Assembly (NCBI GenBank): GCA_002633005.1
Contig: NMRA01000048.1
Location: forward strand, 501,745 to 561,210
Direction: 5' to 3'
Length of the DNA stretch: 59,466 nucleotides
From: Phoronis australis
Taxonomy: Eukaryota > Animalia > Phoronida
Shown here: positions 12,701-24,243 of the stretch, piece after piece
Layout of the letters: the number at the start of each line of letters is the position of its first letter
How positions within the stretch are numbered: position 1 is the stretch's first letter
Program-made: the position numbers and the translations under genes
Notes under the pieces: generated by a model
The model's input: the letters and a program-made list of their open reading frames with translations, nothing else
Database searches by the model: none
What the model was told of the DNA's origin: nothing

Positions 12701-14674
12701 GAAGAAAGAAAAGTACACTGTTAATAGCAAGTATGAGGCCGTGAAACATCTCTGTGTCTGTGGCCGGCATTTTTTCGACTGAGTTCTCCGACGAATTCCG
12801 GCTTACCAAAGAACTATCCATACGTTCCGTTGCCTGTGCATGTTGTCACGGCGCCTCTCTAGTATTTCTTGATCAGTGTATTCCGGTTTGAACTGATAGC
12901 CTGTAAAACCTAACGATCGATCCGACCCGTGAAGTCTTTGCCGGATGAGCTCTCGACTAAGTCGGGATTGGCGCCATGCAGACGTTTATTATTGTGCTTT
13001 CTGTTTCAAAATGAATTATTCTCACCCCAACCAATGCTTATATAAAACTGAAACCGTCTGTCTCATTAGATACAATTTGTAATGCCTTTGGCTGTAGTAT
13101 TCATGAGTGCAAGTTTTTTGAGAAGCCAGCAATGAATAAACCACTGCGTTACCGGCTTTAGTTGCAGTAAAGGTAATTGACTGGGCACCTAGGCCGTGTG
13201 AGCGCATGCTAATTCAGTGTTTGCTGATAGAAAGCTGTTGTGAAACAATAACTCTATTTTAAATGCCAATTCACCTAAATAATTACGTGCACATTATTTC
13301 TGTGGCTCACTGTTAGTCTTTTCGTGATTGGAGGCTTAGTTTCCAACTTGAGCTGATTTATGTTCGTGATGTCCAGTCCCAGCACCCGCGACGGGCCTGC
13401 TGATCGGGTTCCAAGCCACTGGCGGGGAGTAACAAGCGTTTTGTGTATTTAGAACGGAAAGAATGGCAAGTCTAAAAGTACAACCCCTGTCTATATTTCA
13501 CGGAAGAATGATTCGAATTTATCACCAAACAGACCCAAACTCCTGCGATCGACCATGGTAAATTGGCCTACCCGGCACTATGTAGGCTATGGTATGTTGA
13601 AATACCTATAAATCTGTAACAGTGAAATAAAACAACACGTTTGTTCAAGAACTCGAATTTTGATGATTTATTGGTGTAAAACAATGAATTCGACAAGCGA
13701 TAAGTTGACACCAGTATGCGTGTTGTGAATGGCTGAACAGACTGCATTCGAACCATTTACGTCATTTGTTAATTTCAACACCTCCGTCTGCCGTTAGGTG
13801 TCAGATAAAACAACTGAACTTGCTGTTATCGAGTGGAACTACTCGATCTAAATTGATACAAAATAGGTTGTTTTTGGGTGTCATTCTCCTTAAATTGCAC
13901 TAGTGAGTGGTATAGTATCTACACTGTACAAACTAGAAATAGACTAAATGTTTTCATAATCTGTAGTTTTGCAGAGAAATTTGACAAATTGAAATTCACG
14001 TCGGCCGTATTTTGTGCTGAACAAGTGAAGAATTACTGTCGTGAGTTTAGCCAGTCATTTCTTTCTCATACGTTATGGCAATTGTATGTAGACACGGTTA
14101 AAGAACCATGTGCTCTCTTATTTTTGTACGTAGAACTTACGAAACATTGTGGTCAAAGTAATGGCTGAAGTGCTGAACCAAACAAGGGGAAATTTATTAA
14201 AAAATCAGTCAGCAATTGGTTAGATTTTTGTTAAATAGATACGTACGTTGGCGAAAAGGCATCTCAGTTGATCAGCATCGGCCGAACACATCAAAACCAG
14301 AATACCAGCAGCATCTTCTTATTTGGAAAACATTTCCAACAATTGTTTCAAGTTTTAATCTTCCCAAAACTCAAAATGTGTCTCGTCTTGAAAACCTTTC
14401 GTAATTCAGCTGGAATTCAGATATTTACATCACATTAAGAAACAAAAGGTTGAAATGGAAAGAGATTTTTTATCTGTGATGATACTGTTTCTCTTTACTT
14501 TCCCAGTGTTGTACCCACTGCCAGGTTATAAATTTTATATTGCTTTTTCAGACCCAATTTTATGACGAACTGGTCAGTTTAGAAGGGATTCTGTCACAGC
14601 TGAAAGAAAAGTGTGAGGTGACCCAAAAACAAAATCCTGGACTTTACAACATCCATGTTTTAACACTGCGGTGA
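735..14674 (+). CDS. NOL11: Nucleolar protein 11 (NOL11), 5'-incomplete; 11 coding exons
   Basis: Exons 735-867, 2674-2835, 3183-3265, 4032-4157, 7064-7251, 8739-8864, 9737-9856, 11279-11357, 11663-11752, 12110-12217, 14552-14674. All introns are GT-AG and phase-compatible (1338 nt, 445 aa + stop). Peptides SVVIWDTKFATCQ, ERCLAEESFWPRD, KDVSLVHTMLHHVPDVSE, VDWTCLICDAHMTQLILSPDAREVLLNL and GLYNIHVLTL* match recalled vertebrate NOL11 (SVWNIKFQTLQ, ERCKAEPSFYPRN, KDVQLLQLCLQQFPDIPE, MDWICLLLDANFT, GLYSIEVLELF). An extra exon between 4157 and 7064 cannot be excluded. Confidence 0.88.
1091..2001. mobile_element. Non-autonomous Kolobok-type DNA transposon with long TIRs and transposase fragment
   Basis: TTAA|AGGCGAAGGCAAC...GTTGCCTTCGCCT|TTAA, with ~300-bp inverted arms. 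Internal ORF 1357-1668 carries a THAP start (MPHCFCIPGC) and a KFIVxxxxxLELFxxCxxCG...WECVAGH motif typical of Kolobok transposases. Confidence 0.75.
2107..2291. repeat. 30-bp minisatellite, ~6 copies
   Basis: Unit ACAACCAGGCACACAGCAACGCATCATCAT; the minus strand reads MMMRCCVPGC. Confidence 0.95.
3619..3970. mobile_element. Degenerate MITE (inverted arms)
   Basis: TTACTCTC..AAATTGGTCTC..CTTACTGTGATAGGATTCTA is mirrored by TAGAATCCTATCATGATAAG..GAGACCGATTT..GAGAGTAA; flanks are TTAA-like. Confidence 0.45.
4485..5440. mobile_element. Foldback-like inverted repeat element (~450-bp diverged arms)
   Basis: TTTAGGAGATAAGCCATAGGC...CCATCCGAAAACGGGAGGATAGCGTCATCTCACT is mirrored by AGTGAGATGACGCTATCCTCCTGTTTTCGGATGG...GCCTATAGCTTTATCTCCTAAAA. 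Confidence 0.7.
5721..6739. mobile_element. Non-autonomous hAT5-like element
   Basis: TIRs CATAGGCGGATTTAG / CTAAATTCACCACCG, 5-bp TSD TTCAA, G/C-run subterminal blocks; internal tRNA-like segment ~6414-6475. Confidence 0.6.
7330..7523. mobile_element. Harbinger-like MITE whose right end seeds the 60-bp array
   Basis: GGGTCTGTTTCATGAAAAGTGACT...ATTTGGTCTTACACTCC is mirrored by GGAGTGTAAGACCAAAT...AGTCACTTTCATGAAACAG(TGAAACAG)ACCCCTG. Confidence 0.6.
7470..8436. repeat. 60-bp minisatellite, ~16 copies
   Basis: Near-identical unit TATTTCTGTCTCA(C/T)GTGTTAAGTCACTTTCATGAAACAGTGAAACAGACCCCTGAGATGC in a NOL11 intron. Confidence 0.97.
8876..9060. repeat. 33-bp minisatellite, ~5.5 copies
   Basis: Unit CAGTATGTACTCAATGGTTGATGTAGGGTGCTT, immediately after a NOL11 donor site. 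Confidence 0.9.
9878..10191. repeat. 19-bp minisatellite, ~16 copies
   Basis: Unit GGCTCACTAAGGGTTTATT, starting ~20 nt into the U12 intron. Confidence 0.92.
10372..10690. repeat. ~52-bp tandem repeat, ~6 copies, from a MITE terminus
   Basis: Unit TAATTTAAGGTTATGTAGACCTTATCGATAAGTCTGTATAGTTTAGCTAAA with an internal palindrome CTTATCGATAAG. Confidence 0.88.
10643..11167 (+). mobile_element. TTAA-flanked MITE (Kolobok-like termini)
   Basis: TTAAGGTTATATGTAGAC...GTCCTCCATAACCTTAG. A diverged inverted copy of the same family lies at ~51550-52058. Confidence 0.5.
12421..13890 (+). mobile_element. Kolobok-type element with decayed THAP domain
   Basis: TTAA|AGGAGAATGCCACCCAA...TTGGGTGTCATTCTCCT|TAAA. 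Frameshifted THAP relic ~12586-12782 (GISFFQLPQEPEMLRKWLAVVKK...LCVCGRHF). Confidence 0.72.
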
Positions 14675-14806
14675 TATGTGACATTGTGTAGTCTACTGAC
14701 TGGATGATATGTGACATTGTGTAGTCTACTGACTGGATGATATGTGACATTGTGTAGTCTACTGACTGGATGATATGTGGCATTGTGTAGTCTACTGACT
14801 GGATGA
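14673..14806. repeat. 33-bp minisatellite, 4 copies, starting at the NOL11 stop codon
   Basis: Unit GATATGTGACATTGTGTAGTCTACTGACTGGAT; AATAAA follows at ~14826. Confidence 0.92.
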
Positions 14807-16115
14807 TAATAATACGTAAATGGAAAATAAACAGTGTGAAGCATTTTTATCGTATGAAGTTTCCCTTCAGTGAGACAAGTTGTTGTTAAAGACTATTAGG
14901 AATAATTCTTAGTTCATTTATCACCTTAACTCATTGTTAAATCACCTCTCAAGTTCCCACTCAACCTAATGGGACAAAATTTTGTTACCGTCATGACTAC
15001 ATTACCTGATTGTAATGATCCGTCAGTCATGACTGGACATTTCCCATTATGATAATGATCTGTCATTTGGGACTAATCACATATTACATCATCACTGGTG
15101 GAAGAGAGGGGTGTGGAAAGGTGGCAATTAATAACAGGGAGGTGGGGTCAACTTCTGGTAACGTCATCACATGATATATTAAATGTAAAAGATAACATCC
15201 CTGAATGAGAACTGTTTCTAATTACTCTTTTAGTAGGAATAGGTTCCAAAATGGGTCTCATTTTATGCCACATTTCAGTAGTTTCATGACTATTATGCAA
15301 AATGTGATCGCACTACCTACAATGGACAGCCATTCTGGCCACAGCCAGTGAACCTGGGTCATACTCAGTGGAGACTGTCGTAAGTCATCAATGCAGACGT
15401 TCAATGTCACATTTTATAATAAAAAAATATTTGCAGGCGATCTGGAATACGTTTTACCATACAATTTAACCAAATTAACAGTCAGTTTGAAAATCAGGTC
15501 TTTATATTCACACCAGCAAGTTAAAGTTCATTCTTTCCTTGTGAAAAGATGGTAATTAATGGTAAAAAGCAGTCTAGCAAAACTCAACTTTGTACCAAAA
15601 CAATGGTAAATGATAGTTCATAATGTTTACGTTAAAATCTCACCAATTTAGGACACAATATGGCGGACAATAACAATTTTTTCATAAAAGAGCATCAACT
15701 TTATGCTTTACCATGTTCAAGTTAAGTACCATAGCTACCACTGTAAAATATTTTAAAAAATTGTGAGCATTCAAAATGTTAGATGACCTTGAACAGTGAA
15801 AAAAGGGTAGTTTTGGAATTACTTTTGTCCGAAATTGGTGAGATTTCATAAATTTTAGGATTAACTATTCAAACATTTCATTGAAAAGACGTTTTAACTC
15901 TTAAGGAACTTCTAATAAAATTCCAATTCTTGGCTTCTCATTTTTGACAACAAATGATAATCATCCTTCGTGCACCACGCAGGCCTCTTGTAACCAGCAT
16001 TTTCTTTTACACGATAATCTCATCGGCAACTCCTAAAACAATTTCTTGAAACCGCAATCAGAAATCCACATAATTCTGCACGTGATCTCAGAATAAGGCA
16101 ATGAACATTTTCTTT

Positions 16116-17906
16116 TTAGTCATCACATAATTTGTTAACAAAACTATTGAGCACATCGTCGTCCAGGTTACCAATAAACTCATCAACTTTTTTACCATCC
16201 TTGATCGCAATTACTGTTGGAACTGCCCTGACCTGGAAATACAAAGCATCTTATGTCACGGCATCGAAATGGCCAAGTTCATGATTATTATCCTCAAGAC
16301 TAGTACAACTCTAAGCAGCAAGTCTGAATTTCCATGAGTTTATGAAAGTGACATATCTCGGAGAAACAATGGCTATCTTGGCCTACCTGACAAAAAGGAC
16401 AACTGTAGTTTTGGGCATAACACCAAAAGGGCACTGTCTGAGGGGAGACACTTAAGGCTACAGTAGACACACAGGAAAACCATTCTATATAGATGCACGC
16501 CACGTCACAAGGTTTCACTCGCATGTAAACAATGCATCGGCGATATTTACAATTCCAAGACGATTGAGCAAAACCACTTGACATGTCATGTCACATGTTG
16601 GATGCTCCCTATGAGTGTATCTTTCATGTCCATATTTCCATCAATCATAGTTCAACCACAAGTCTACTGTTACAATTTCCATGTACAACCAGGTGGCAAC
16701 ATGGGTATCCAGAATGCCAGAAAGTGTATCATTGGTATCTGATTCTGGTTTGACAAAGTTCAAGCAGGTACATGGAAAACTATTGATTGATAACACTATT
16801 AACTTCAACTTGCACAGAATATACATACATTTGGCAAGTTTAGCAAAAAATAATAACATTAAAGAATAACTAGAATAAATATGTTAAATCTATGATCGTA
16901 AGTGTAATTACTAATTGATTTATTAATAAAGCACCATAATTTTGTAAACCTTACTCCATAATGAATGGCCAGTTCTGACAAATGGTCAATGTCAACTTTT
17001 GCTAACAGCACTTTTCCGTTCTTGGAATCTACAAGTTTTTGAATTCTTGGACCTAGTGTCTTGCAAGGTCCACACCACCTGAAAAAATGGCAAAACATGG
17101 ATTGCTGCTGAGGCAGACATGTCAAGCTGGGCAAAAAAACTCAGTCACATTCCAAAGAATTTGAAAATCTGGACAAGATTAATGCAGAACATTAGCATGC
17201 ACCTTTTGCTTCACAAATGGCAAGTGGCAGCTTGGGATTTTTTTCCAGATCACCGAACAAAATCTGAAGTCACATTGGTGACCTGTAGGTAAGCAAATCG
17301 AGAACTGCAATGGTTTAGACATAAAACAGTTCTGACTCAAGAAGGCCTGCGAAGGACGAATTCCTAATGAAAACTAATTACTTCGTTACCAAGGCTTGTA
17401 CAACCAAGGGTTGGAATGACCAATCACAAGAGAAAAAATTTGCAGGTGACGTATCGTTCCAAAAATAAATAGGTTTGTGGGATAAAAATATTTTAATGTT
17501 GTAAAGTTATGTGAAATAAATGTTTTTTCATTGATAAAGTGAAAATAATGATAAAAATGAGACAAAAAACAGGAAATTGGAAATCAAATAAGAGGAAAGC
17601 GAAACCAAAAGAGGAAATTTCTAAGCCCTGTACAACTTACGTAGCATGAAAGTCCACTACAATGGGAATATCACTCTTCACCACCCTTTGTTGGAAATCT
17701 TCTTTGTCTTGAACATTAAAGACAACTCCCGATTCATTACGATTCAATGCAGTTGTACTGAATGAACTTGCAGTTACTCTGCATTGGGGGGGTGTTATGC
17801 TATTCTTTGTGATAATACTCTGCAGAGCTGGCCTTACACTTGAGGTGACTACAAGTCGTTGACTACACGAGACAATACTCTGAAGCACTCTCCTACAACT
17901 GGCCAT
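16116..17906 (-). CDS. TXN2: Mitochondrial thioredoxin (thioredoxin 2), 168 aa
   Basis: Exons 17906-17641, 17078-16955, 16232-16116. Arg/Ser-rich presequence, [14 protein letters not shown] active site, LAKVDID, cis-Pro motif [17 protein letters not shown]. An acceptor just upstream of the ATG (~17919) implies a non-coding first exon. Confidence 0.95.
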
Positions 17907-20431
17907 GGCAGTTTACAACTGAAAGTAGAATATAAGTATTGAGTAGTGCGAAAGCCAATGAGCTATAAAAAGCTACCAATCCAGCACACCTTTTAAGTTG
18001 CTACAAACACATCCTCTTTTGAAAAATATTCATTTTGGCTTTTGATTTCAGTCACTTTTTGGTATTATTGTTATTAGTTTCACCTACATGAATCTTGATG
18101 CTGCTCTCCACTTTCAGTAAGTACGCTTCAGCTTCAGTGCAACCCACCTGAATCTAGCTACAAATATTTTACTATATGGATGGCCTCATACATCTAGTAT
18201 AGTGAAAAATCACCAAGCCAAGTCGACCAGTCAGCCAAACAACAATTGGCAACAGTGATTTAGAGGTTTTTATATTACCACACTCTACCCCCATCCAATG
18301 AAACAGAAAGCGGTTATGCTGCCTGGCTTTCACATCAGATCGGCACCCTCTGCGTCTGCCTCTTCTAAAAAGTCAGTCTTGCGTACCTAGCTTGCTAGCT
18401 GTACATGACTGAATGTCAAAACACACCAGTCAACGATGTGGATAAAAATTTAGAAATGTAAGCTAAATTCACCACAACTCTGTAGTCCTCTCGCAATGAA
18501 AGTTACATTGAAATCCACTATGTCCAAGCACGTGGAAGTTTTTACCACTCAGACATACAAATGAAATCTACCTGGTCCGTTACAGCCGTTTAAATCAACG
18601 CCGTTCCCTTACATCACTCTCCCACTTTTGTAACAAAGATAAGTTGGGCGTCGATTTTTAAAAAAACAGTACAATCATGACATGCACCATTTGCTCGAGT
18701 TTTGGTTTGGTAAAGTGACATCTTTTGGGAGATGACAACAACCTCGCGGATGCAAAATTTCCTCAGAATTTCGTGTCGTTGATTATTAAGAATAGTGAAT
18801 TGAATCGGCAAACACTGAGATCCGGCAAACAGATAGTGCTCAATTTCATGGGCCTTGTGACAGATTGATCACTCCACAAACTCAATGGCATTGTTTTCGC
18901 ATCGGTAACCACGTTAGCTTACTCTAGGTGTGGTTTTTAATAACATTAATTGGAGCAATTGGATTTTACTCACTTTTTAACCAGATCGCTCCAGAGCTGA
19001 GCATTTACAGCTTTGCGCTGACAAGGATAAGTCTCAGGGCGCTACTATATATCGTTAGTCTAAGTACGTGTACCCCCTCTCCTTCCAGTCACACCGACGG
19101 GAGGCAGCACAGACAGGGGAGTTGTCTACTAACCCTCTGCTCTATACACTACCACTGTCTGAACTGGGCCAGCACAGCTGGCACAGACAGTGATTATCAC
19201 ATAGTCTCGCCAAAAGCTGGAAGCTTTTCAGCAAATTATGCCTCACACCGACTAAGCCATCAAAGTCACGTCGTTATTACTTTATGAGCATAGAGGTACA
19301 CCTTAGCAGGCTGTAGATGTCTTCAATTCATTCCAACTTGAACACATATATTGTTCTGTAAATAAAATTTCTTTCCAATACATTTGTTCATTCTTCAATG
19401 ACGCCATTTTGTCATCATGATATAACTGCGACTCTGGCAGCCAAGTTTCAAGCACTAGCAAACTTTGACAGGTCACCACTGTAGTACGTTAGTGATTGGC
19501 TTACTCCTGAGGTGATGGAGGTCAACCTCGATAAGATTAAAACTTTCAATGCTATAGCAGTGATGCAATCAGAACAGAAATGAGTCAGTTGCTAGAAATT
19601 GGTCAGTTTGCAATTTCCGTATTTGAACAAAGGACTATTCAGAAAGAAATGGAGATTGTATGAGTATTTGTTTGAGTTGAAAAATAACGTAGAAAATATA
19701 TCTGAAACTAAATAAGGCGATCCAGATCCTCCCAAGGATACTATTGTTTCATGAAATGAAGAATATAAATCTGTAAATAAAACAACAAGAATGTTGTTTT
19801 ATTTTCCGATTTATATTTTGAGTTGAAAGGAATTAAAAGACATCAACGGCCTCCAAGGTTGTACCTCTATGTCTAAAAGGTACCTATAGTAACGCAAATT
19901 TGATGGTTTAAGTCAGTGTGAAGCATAATCTGCCAGCGTACAGCCTACAGGGCACACTAGGGTGTGCTGCGCCTAACTCTGGCTCGGCTTCAGGTAGAGT
20001 TCAATAATGCAAGGACCTCACTATGAAGGCAAGACTTCGTGAGATATTGCTGTGTACTTTAAATGAGGACGTATGATTTTGGCTAGATTTTTCAAGCCGT
20101 GATACAGCTACTGAACTCTACCCTGGGCCGGCCTCCATTCACTGTCATCTGTAGTTAGTGTAGTACTAGTAGATTCACAACAATGAAGGCACAAGAGTTC
20201 GACCTGTATCAACTATTAAAGCATTTTTCTATTGTTGTAGACGTGCTTCCGAAGAATCATATGACCCTCTGCTAGCCACTTGATACAGGGACAATTACCC
20301 ATTAGTTGAATGGTTAGCACGCTCGCCAGTTTTATGGGGGTCGCTGGGTTGATTTACGGTTCAGGCGATCTCAGCTATTACTACTAATGGCATAGTCGGC
20401 AAACGGATGATCTACCAAATTGAATGAAGCA

Positions 20432-21800
20432 CTGCCAACTAATACCCGTGGACCTTGGAGAGCGCGCATGGTTATGATGATGGTAAAAGTTCCAGGAGCA
20501 GGCCTTTATCCAGGATTTCGAAAATAGGGTGTCCAAAATGGGGTTCCCCATATTCCAGGGCGTCCATGATTCCAACGCGTAACCCCCCACCCCCAGCAAT
20601 CCCCATAAACACGCAGATTTTTTTACAAAAAATGCATAGACCAAGGTTTCTACATCTAAGTTTACAAAACAGCCTTCTGTAGTGAGCATTTTTATTAAAA
20701 AAAACTGTGGAGACCCAAGACTTTTACAGTGTTATCAACCAAGTGTGAGCATAGCAACATTGTATATACTTTGTATATACATTGTATATTTCTTCCTGCT
20801 TTGAAAAAAGAGCCACAACTGTGATCTTCATAGGCTTCCTAGTGATCATTACAATGTATGTATCCAAACTTGAAAGGTTCCTATTCATAGTGGGCCTCCA
20901 AATGATACATTGGGCCTCCAAATGATACATTGGGCCTCCAAATGATACATTGGGCCTCCAAATGATACATTGGGCGTCCAAATGATACATTGGGCGTCCC
21001 TTTCTAGGGCGGCCACATTAGTGCTAGGGCGTCCATTTGGATTCCCAGGACGTACGCTGCATAAAGGCCTGTCCAGGAGTCTAGGACCTGTATGAGAGAC
21101 AACCTTGTGTTCACCTGTGCTGTGGTGGTAAAGATACCTAGGGAAATTGATGACCCCTATGCGAGACAACCTGATGTTCACCTTCCTGGTGGCGTGACTG
21201 TTCTACAGGAAAGGGGGGGATGTTGTAGACGTGCTTCCAGTGAATCATATGAGCCTCTGTTAGCCACTCACTAGGGGGCAATTACCTATTAGTTGAATGC
21301 TTAGCACGCTTGCTGGTTTTATGGGGGACGCTGGTTGGGGTCGCTGGTTTGATTCCCAGGTCAGTAATCTCGGCTAGTACTACATTGAATTAACTGGGTG
21401 TGCCCCACCCTAGAATCTGTTGTACCGTACTTATTGTAGTAATAGCCGAGATTATCCAACCTGGGAATTGAATCAGCGAACCCCCATAAAACCAGCAAGT
21501 GTGCTAATCATTTAGCTAATAGGCAATGCCCGTTAGAAAGTGGCTTACAGAGGCTCATATGATTCCACACATCTACAACATTCCCCTCTCTCCTACCGAA
21601 CAGGTGCGCCAGCAGGAAGGTGAACATCAGGTTATGTCGCATACAGGTCATGAACTTCCCTTGATACCTTTACCACCACAATACAGGTGAACACAAGGTC
21701 ACACGGTTATCTCTCATACAGCCACAGGTCCTTGACTCCTGGAACTTTTACTATCATCATGACCATGCACGCTGTCAGAGGTGCGCGGGTACTAGTTGGC
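20432..21800. mobile_element. Foldback element with inverted arms and internal tRNA-like A/B boxes
   Basis: Left arm TGCCAACTAATACCCG...GGTTTTATGGGGG is mirrored by CCCCCATAAAACC...CGGGTACTAGTTGGCA. It is interrupted by the hAT MITE at 20499-21071. Partial copies at ~20233-20400 and ~23915-24048. Confidence 0.65.
20499..21071. mobile_element. hAT MITE with 8-bp TSD
   Basis: TIRs CAGGCCTTTATCCAG / CTGCATAAAGGCCTG; perfect TSD TCCAGGAG (20491-20498, 21072-21079); internal 20-bp repeat TGGGCCTCCAAATGATACAT x5. Confidence 0.8.
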
Positions 21801-22059
21801 ATAGCCTTGGTACAAAGCTGTATATGTAGTATGCGCCGATGTGGGTAAAAAGTAGTAAGATAAAATCTGACACAAAATTAGTATAATTAAAACTACAATT
21901 TTCCTTGAGTAAACTAAATTATTTAACGGTGCTGAAAAAATGGCGTTCTACCCAGGGCTTCATCTAGGATTTCGAACATAGGGAGTCCAAAATGGGGTTC
22001 CCAATATTCCAGGGCGTCCATGATTCCAACGCCGCATTACCCCCCCCNTTCCTATTGAT

Positions 22060-23064
22060 AGTGGGCGTCCAAATGATACATTGGGCGTCCAAATGATACA
22101 TTGGGTGTCCCTTTCTAGGGCGGCCACATTAGTGCTAGGGCGTCCATTTGGATGCCCAGGACGTACGCTGCATAAAGGCCTGTCCAGGAGTCCAAGACCT
22201 GTATGAGAGACAACCTTGTGTTCACCTGTGCTGTGGTGGTAAAGATACCAAGGGAAATTGATGACCCCTATGCGAGACAACCTGATGTTCACCTTCCTGG
22301 TGGCGTGACTGTTCTACAGGAAAGGGGGGGATGTTGTAGACTTGCTTCCAGTGAATCATATGAGCCTCTGTTAGCCACTCACTAGGGGGCAATTACCTAT
22401 TAGTTGAATGCTTAGCACGCTTGCTGGTTTTATGGGGGACGCTGGTTGGGGTCGCTGGTTTGATTCCCAGGTCAGTAATCTCAGCTATTACTACATTGAA
22501 TTAACTGGGTGTGCCCCACCCAAGAATCTGTTGTACCGTACTTATTGTAGTAATAGCCGAGACTATCCAACCTGGGAATTGAATCAGCGAACCCCCATAA
22601 AACCGGCAAGTGTGCTAATCATTTAGCTAATAGGCAATGCCTGTTAGAAAGTGGCTTACAGAGGCTCATATGATTCCACACATCTACAACATTCCCCTCT
22701 CTCCTACCGAACAGGTGCGCCAGCAGGAAGGTGAACATCAGGTTATCTCGCATACAGGTCATGAACTTCCCTTGATACCTTTACCACCACAATACAGGTG
22801 AACACAAGGTCATACGGTTATCTCTCATACAGCCACAGGTCCTTGACTCCTGGAACTTTTACTATCATCATGACCATGCACGCTGTCAGAGGTGCGCGGG
22901 TACTAGTTGGCATAGCCTTGGTACAAAGCTGTATATGTAGTATGCGCCGATGTGGGTAAAAAGTAGTAAGATAAAATCTGACACAAAATTAGTATAATTA
23001 AAACTACAATTTTCCTTGAGTAAACTAAATTATTTAACGGTGCTGACAAAAATGGCGTTCTACC
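22060..23064 (+). repeat. ~1-kb direct duplicate of ~20950-21952
   Basis: Near-identical sequence with scattered SNPs, beginning just after the N at 22048. Confidence 0.9.
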
Positions 23065-24229
23065 ATTATTCTGCTGCTTAAGTTGTGGAGCGATCTTCAA
23101 CGTCGGCTTTCGGTGCTGTAGAAAATTTCATGATGACCGCGACTTGAACCCGGGTTGCACGAGCGACAGTCAAGCATCTAAACCATTCCGCCAAGAGGCA
23201 ATTGCCACTTGGCAAGTGGCTTAGAGAGGCTTTTTATCTGTACGTGTCGTGACAACCGGAAGTTACGCTTCACAACAGCGCCATGAAATATTGCGTCACC
23301 TATAGGCCAGTTTCTTTTTTTTTCGCCGATACTTCAACTAGCTTGGAACTGGTTTCACTTCATTATAAGTTTTTAGAATTTCAATACCAAATTTTGCTGC
23401 TGTGAAGTTGTCGCAAAAATTAGGAAATGGCGGATGCGCGTGTCACGAGCGTACTGTTTTCAATGCGATGACGTAACTTTTTCTGTTAGAAAAGGCGCAG
23501 GATTACGCAAGAAAATGACGTTTATTAGATTGTTTTCCACTTAAACGGCTGTAACTGGCAAGGTGTCGTTTGATTCCCACATTTTGCATACACCCCGGCC
23601 AGTCTTTAGCTCTACATGTTGATACAGGTTTCACGGCGAGTTGACGAGCAGAACTACCATGGCTGTGTGCAATTTCGGGGTCTACAGAAGAAATACACAC
23701 AGTGGTACCTAGGCCTAGCTGTATTTTGACGATAGTGCATACAGCCATACAGCTAGCTGGCTGGCTATACTAGTTGGCAGTGCTTCATCGGTATAGATCC
23801 AACAACGCCATTTGTAGCACAGGTGTCCTCAGATTCTGATCGTCCCCAATACACTATATAGAATGGGGACGATCAGAAGCTGAGGACACCTGTGATTTGT
23901 AGTGGCCAAGATTATCGAACCAGCGACCCCCATGATTGAATTTAAATGAAACCGGCGAGCGTGCAAACCATCCAGAAAAGAGACAATTGCCTGATAGCAA
24001 GTGGATAACAAAGGCTCATATGATTTACCGGAACCACATCTACAACATAATTGTTTTCTTTTTGTCCCCTATAGTGATAAGCAGGTTACTAGTAAGACCT
24101 ACCAAAGACGAATGTCCTTGCTGGCAAGATATTCGATATTCACCAAAATACACTTTCGTAGTTCCGGTTGTGCACTACGTCACAAAAAGCTAGTATTGCC
24201 TACGTCATCAAATGTCGTCCACATTCTGT

Positions 24230-24243
24230 GATTCCCCGGCAAC
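24230..24243. promoter_or_regulatory. Degenerate RFX X-box (GATTCCCCGGCAAC) in TEX33 promoter region
   Basis: Intact GGCAAC half-site just before the probable non-coding first exon; CpG-richer context with a CCGGAA/ETS-like site at ~24163. Confidence 0.35.

Noticed and set aside
23130-23200. Second tRNA gene (Asp-like GTC loop)
   Set aside because: The acceptor stem does not pair and homology extends into a repeat; a tRNA-derived relic only. Same for ~6414, ~27895 and ~37564.
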